DNA of 64,000 bases from Propionibacteriaceae bacterium. Lineage in GTDB: Bacteria > Actinomycetota > Actinomycetes > Propionibacteriales > Propionibacteriaceae. The stretch is taken from the NCBI GenBank assembly GCA_009779115.1, contig WREX01000001.1:10878-74877 (forward strand), read 5' to 3'. The position numbers and the translations under genes are program-made. The notes beneath the pieces are model-generated. The model was given only the letters and a program-made list of their open reading frames with translations. It ran no database searches and had not been told where the DNA came from. Below are positions 60,859 through 64,000 of this stretch, piece by piece (position 1 is the first letter of the stretch; every line of letters starts with the position of its first letter).

Positions 60859-62466
60859 TCACCTCGTCCCCATGGAATTCCTGAACACGACGGACGCGCC
60901 ACGAGGCATGAGATTGTCGTTCAACCGCTTGTCACGGGCAGGAATCTTAGCTGGCCTGAACCGTACCGGCCCCCACATCACCAGATAGTCCGACCAGTTT
61001 CTGCCATCAACGACCCCGGGAAGGAAAAGCTCCGAGTGGCCACTGGCCCGCGGAAAAGCCACCACGCCCGGGTCGAGGCCATCGACATCACGGACGAGAT
61101 CCGGGGGGCCGGCCAAGGGATAAACCGTGACGTCACCGCCCGGGTAGAGCGGCCGGAGCCTGCCCTGGTCGTCCATCAACCCGGCGTTGACGATCTCATG
61201 GCGCATGTTCCGCATCAGCAACGGCGCGACGGCAGCGGTCTTCGGCAGAGCCAGCACACCGGCCAATTCATCCAGCCAATCAGGGGTTTCAGGAAGGAAC
61301 ATCGACCTGACGACAATCACGACATCAGCCGTGCCGGAGTCACAGTGGGCACGGATGTCGCAAGCCGGTGACAAGGCGATGAAGCTGGGCACAACCCAGG
61401 TCGCAGCGGTGGCGCCACGCAGCAGCTTCTCGAAGTGGCGGTTCGCCCGGTCATCCTCGGACACCATGACGACCACGTCGGCCCGGCACGACCAGCGAGG
61501 CCGGCAGTGGTACCAAAAGGGTCTCTCCGGCAGGACGCCCACCGGGTCATGGGACACACCGATGGCGTCCAGGTAGTCGGTCAACGCCGCCTGACCTGCC
61601 TGAACCGCGTACGTCTTGGTGTCGATCGTGCGCGAGGTGGAGTTCTCCGCCTCTCGCCAGTGGTAGAGGATCTTCGGGATGTGCACGACCTGAATCTGAC
61701 GAGGCAGGGCATGAATCCTCAGCAACAGGTCGTAGTCCTGTGCGCCGTCGCGTTCCGGTCGCAGCCCCCCAACCTCGTGGATCAGAGCCGCCTTGATCAC
61801 CGACAGGTGGTTCGTGTAGTTCATCTCCAGGAACATGTGCGGTGACCACGACGGCTTGAAATGGGGGCGCTTGCGGCGTAGCCCGTCATCGCTGAGAGCA
61901 TCCTCGTCGCTGTACAGAACATCCACGCCCGGATGGTCGGCGATCGCCACAGCCACCTCGTTCAACGCATGGTGCGACAGCGTGTCGTCGTGGTCCGCGA
62001 ACACGATGTACTGTCCGAGGGCATGGCCCAGCGCCTCGTTGGTGTTCGTCGAGATGCCCCGATTCTCGCCCAACCGCACGTACCGGAAGCGTGGGTCGCG
62101 ATGGGACAACTCCTCAATGCGCCAGGATCGATCCTCGTTTGTCGACGCGTCGGCCATGATCACTTCCCAATCGGAGAACGACTGCGACGACAAGCAGTCC
62201 AGCAGCGGCACGAGATAGGCGTCCGCGGTGTTGAAAAAGGGGATGATCACACTGAACAGCGGTTGATCGCAGGTGCTGGGCGTCTGGATCGGCGCATGGA
62301 ACGCGATCGGCTCCACGCGTTTGGTGTAGGTCACGAAAGGGTTGGCCACTAGGCGATCACGGGTGTTGCCCAGCCGCGCCATCACGATGCGAAGAACCTG
62401 GCCGCCGACAGTATGGGCGGGAAATAAGGCTTGGAGTCCTTTCCTCAGCAACCCGAACATCGTCAA
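60859..62466 (-). CDS. glycosyltransferase family 2, two-domain
   Basis: FSVIIPFFNTADAY...IMADASTN...VFADHDD in the N-terminal half. A second Rossmann-like half follows. Confidence 0.8.
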   Translation of the reverse strand: MTMFGLLRKGLQALFPAHTVGGQVLRIVMARLGNTRDRLVANPFVTYTKRVEPIAFHAPIQTPSTCDQPLFSVIIPFFNTADAYLVPLLDCLSSQSFSDWEVIMADASTNEDRSWRIEELSHRDPRFRYVRLGENRGISTNTNEALGHALGQYIVFADHDDTLSHHALNEVAVAIADHPGVDVLYSDEDALSDDGLRRKRPHFKPSWSPHMFLEMNYTNHLSVIKAALIHEVGGLRPERDGAQDYDLLLRIHALPRQIQVVHIPKILYHWREAENSTSRTIDTKTYAVQAGQAALTDYLDAIGVSHDPVGVLPERPFWYHCRPRWSCRADVVVMVSEDDRANRHFEKLLRGATAATWVVPSFIALSPACDIRAHCDSGTADVVIVVRSMFLPETPDWLDELAGVLALPKTAAVAPLLMRNMRHEIVNAGLMDDQGRLRPLYPGGDVTVYPLAGPPDLVRDVDGLDPGVVAFPRASGHSELFLPGVVDGRNWSDYLVMWGPVRFRPAKIPARDKRLNDNLMPRGASVVFRNSMGTR

Positions 62467-62684
62467 CGGCCTTCCTGTGCTTCGCCAATCAGTGAGTCTA
62501 CAGTACGACGTTATGCCCCTCCGCCTGGCTCTTTATCGTCACGAGGACCCTTTTTGTCTTCACCTGATGAAAGCGTCCGCCATCACAGCACAGCATCTAT
62601 ACTCTGTACTGGAGATGGCACCATTGGCTCGTCCGGATGGCGCGGCCCCACGACGAACGTAGAAAGGCGGATCGGACATTGAGC

Positions 62685-63578
62685 ATGGCCAGTGATCGCG
62701 CGGATCGCTTGTCGCAAGAACTCTTACGAGATCTCTTCCCGCGTCAGTCTGTCTTCCCGGCATCCATCGCATCCATCGCAGCGATCTGGCAACGCCGGGA
62801 ACTCCTCGGCCTGTTGGTGCGCCGGGAGATCCGGGCCAAGTACAAAGACTCCACCCTCGGCCTGGTCTGGTCCTTGATCCGCCCCCTAGTCCTGTTGGCG
62901 ATCTATTACGTCGTCATCGGCAAGTTCCTGGGAGCCACCAGGATGATCGCGAACTTTCCCATCCACCTCTATGCCGGACTCACCCTGTGGACCCTGTTTC
63001 AAGAAGCGGTCTTCGCCGGGACCGGGTCCATCCTCTCCAACGCGGCCATCGTCAAGAAGACGGCACTGCCGCGTGAGATCTTCCCACTGACAAGCATCGG
63101 CGCTGCCGGGTTCAATTTCATCATCCAGTTGGTGATCCTCATCGTGGCCGTCGCCTTCACCACGGGGTTCGACTGGTCAATCGGCTTCCTCCACTTCCCC
63201 TTGGCCATCTTGATCATCGTCACCTGGGCGACCGCCTTCGCCCTGCTCCTATCCGCCCTCAACGTCTACATGCGCGATGTCCAGCACCTGGTCGAAGTGG
63301 TTCTGATGATCGGCTTCTACGTGTCGCCAGTCATCTACAGCTGGGGGATGGCCGCTCCGCACCTTTCCGGAGTGTTGCAGGAAATCTACCTGGCCAACCC
63401 CATCACGCTGGCGGTGATGGGCACCCAACGAGTCGTATGGGATCCCACTCCCGCGTACCCGTGGCCCTCTCACTTGGCCTTGCGCATGCTGATCGTCTGG
63501 GTGATCGGGCTGGCTGCCGTTTTCCTGGCCCAACGCCTCTTCAACCGCCTGCAATCCAACTTCGCGCAGGAGATCTGA
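62685..63578 (+). CDS. ABC-2 type polysaccharide/teichoic-acid export permease (Wzm/TagG-like)
   Basis: The conserved N-terminal block LLGLLVRREIRAKYKDSTLGLVWSLIRPL and 6 TM helices. The start may be 62685 or 62637. Confidence 0.88.
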   Translation: MASDRADRLSQELLRDLFPRQSVFPASIASIAAIWQRRELLGLLVRREIRAKYKDSTLGLVWSLIRPLVLLAIYYVVIGKFLGATRMIANFPIHLYAGLTLWTLFQEAVFAGTGSILSNAAIVKKTALPREIFPLTSIGAAGFNFIIQLVILIVAVAFTTGFDWSIGFLHFPLAILIIVTWATAFALLLSALNVYMRDVQHLVEVVLMIGFYVSPVIYSWGMAAPHLSGVLQEIYLANPITLAVMGTQRVVWDPTPAYPWPSHLALRMLIVWVIGLAAVFLAQRLFNRLQSNFAQEI

Positions 63579-64000
63579 ATGAGTGTGGAAGTCGTCCGGG
63601 TCACTGACGTCAATAAGTCGTTCACGATCCAGAAACAGAAATCGCTCAAGGAACGTCTGGTCAACCATCGTGCGGGCAAGCTCCATGAGGAGACGTTCGC
63701 GGCGTTGAAAGACATCTCGCTGACGATCAACCTCGGGGAGTCCGTGGGCTTGATCGGACCCAATGGTTCCGGCAAGTCGACCCTGTTGAAGATCATTGGC
63801 GGCATCCTCTCCCCCGACTCCGGACAGGTGCTGACACGCGGACGTGTCGCAGCCTTGCTGGAACTGGGCGCCGGGTTCCATCCGGACTTGTCGGGCCGGG
63901 AGAACACCTTCCTCAACGCCTCCGTCCTCGGTTTGACCCGCACAGAAACCGAACGCCACTTCGACGAGATCGTCGAGTTCTCAGGCATCGGCGATTTCAT
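63579..64000 (+). CDS. ABC exporter ATP-binding protein (Wzt/TagH-like), 5' fragment
   Basis: Manual translation from ATG 63579, directly after the permease stop: MSVEVVRVTDVNKSFTIQKQKSLKERL...LIGPNGSGKSTLLKIIGGIL...ELGAGFHPDLSGRENTFLN. The window edge truncates it. Confidence 0.9.
   Translation, partial: MSVEVVRVTDVNKSFTIQKQKSLKERLVNHRAGKLHEETFAALKDISLTINLGESVGLIGPNGSGKSTLLKIIGGILSPDSGQVLTRGRVAALLELGAGFHPDLSGRENTFLNASVLGLTRTETERHFDEIVEFSGIGDF

Overview
This is a 64-kb chromosomal window from a high-G+C actinobacterium (lineage not determined). Gene density is about 90%, and I saw no rRNA, tRNA, CRISPR, transposase or integrase.

Four blocks:

1. 1-9.0 kb, housekeeping. It holds a class II DAHP synthase fragment, a PlsC-like acyltransferase, two tandem secreted coiled-coil peptidoglycan hydrolases (NlpC/P60 and M23), and a menD-menC-menA-menE menaquinone operon.

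2. 9.1-34.6 kb, the interesting accessory region. A plus-strand operon resembles a type VIIb secretion system. It encodes an EsxA-like small protein, two unknown coupled ORFs, and a helical protein carrying about 29 tandem GPYPPA hexapeptide repeats. It also encodes a low-GC putative substrate with a glycine-zipper membrane hairpin, and a 1473-aa Ubl-FHA-3xFtsK/SpoIIIE EssC-like ATPase. This operon meets, tail to tail, a 16.3-kb minus-strand operon with almost no intergenic space. That operon encodes a giant 2033-aa cadherin-like/FN3 surface protein, MoxR, DUF58, a transglutaminase-like membrane protein, FHA, PP2C, FHA, a Hanks Ser/Thr kinase and an FHA-like/HTH protein.

3. 34.8-49.4 kb, housekeeping. 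It includes a CPBP protease, SprT-like protein, aroQ, SIS/Trm112/manB, znuACB-zur with a candidate Zur box, nnrD, glmS and coaA.

4. 49.5-64 kb, a cell-wall glycopolymer cluster. It combines GT2, GT4 and GT1 enzymes, DUF2142, DUF2304, a Wzx-like flippase and a Wzm/Wzt ABC-2 exporter.

Main hypothesis: the type VII-like locus lacks all recognisable membrane partners. It may instead be wired to the adjacent kinase/phosphatase/FHA module, with the kinase acting as a catalytically live counterpart of the EssB pseudokinase.

All calls rest on reading the ORF translations and the DNA by eye. No database search was possible. Start codons were refined using RBS positions and gene overlaps and are approximate.
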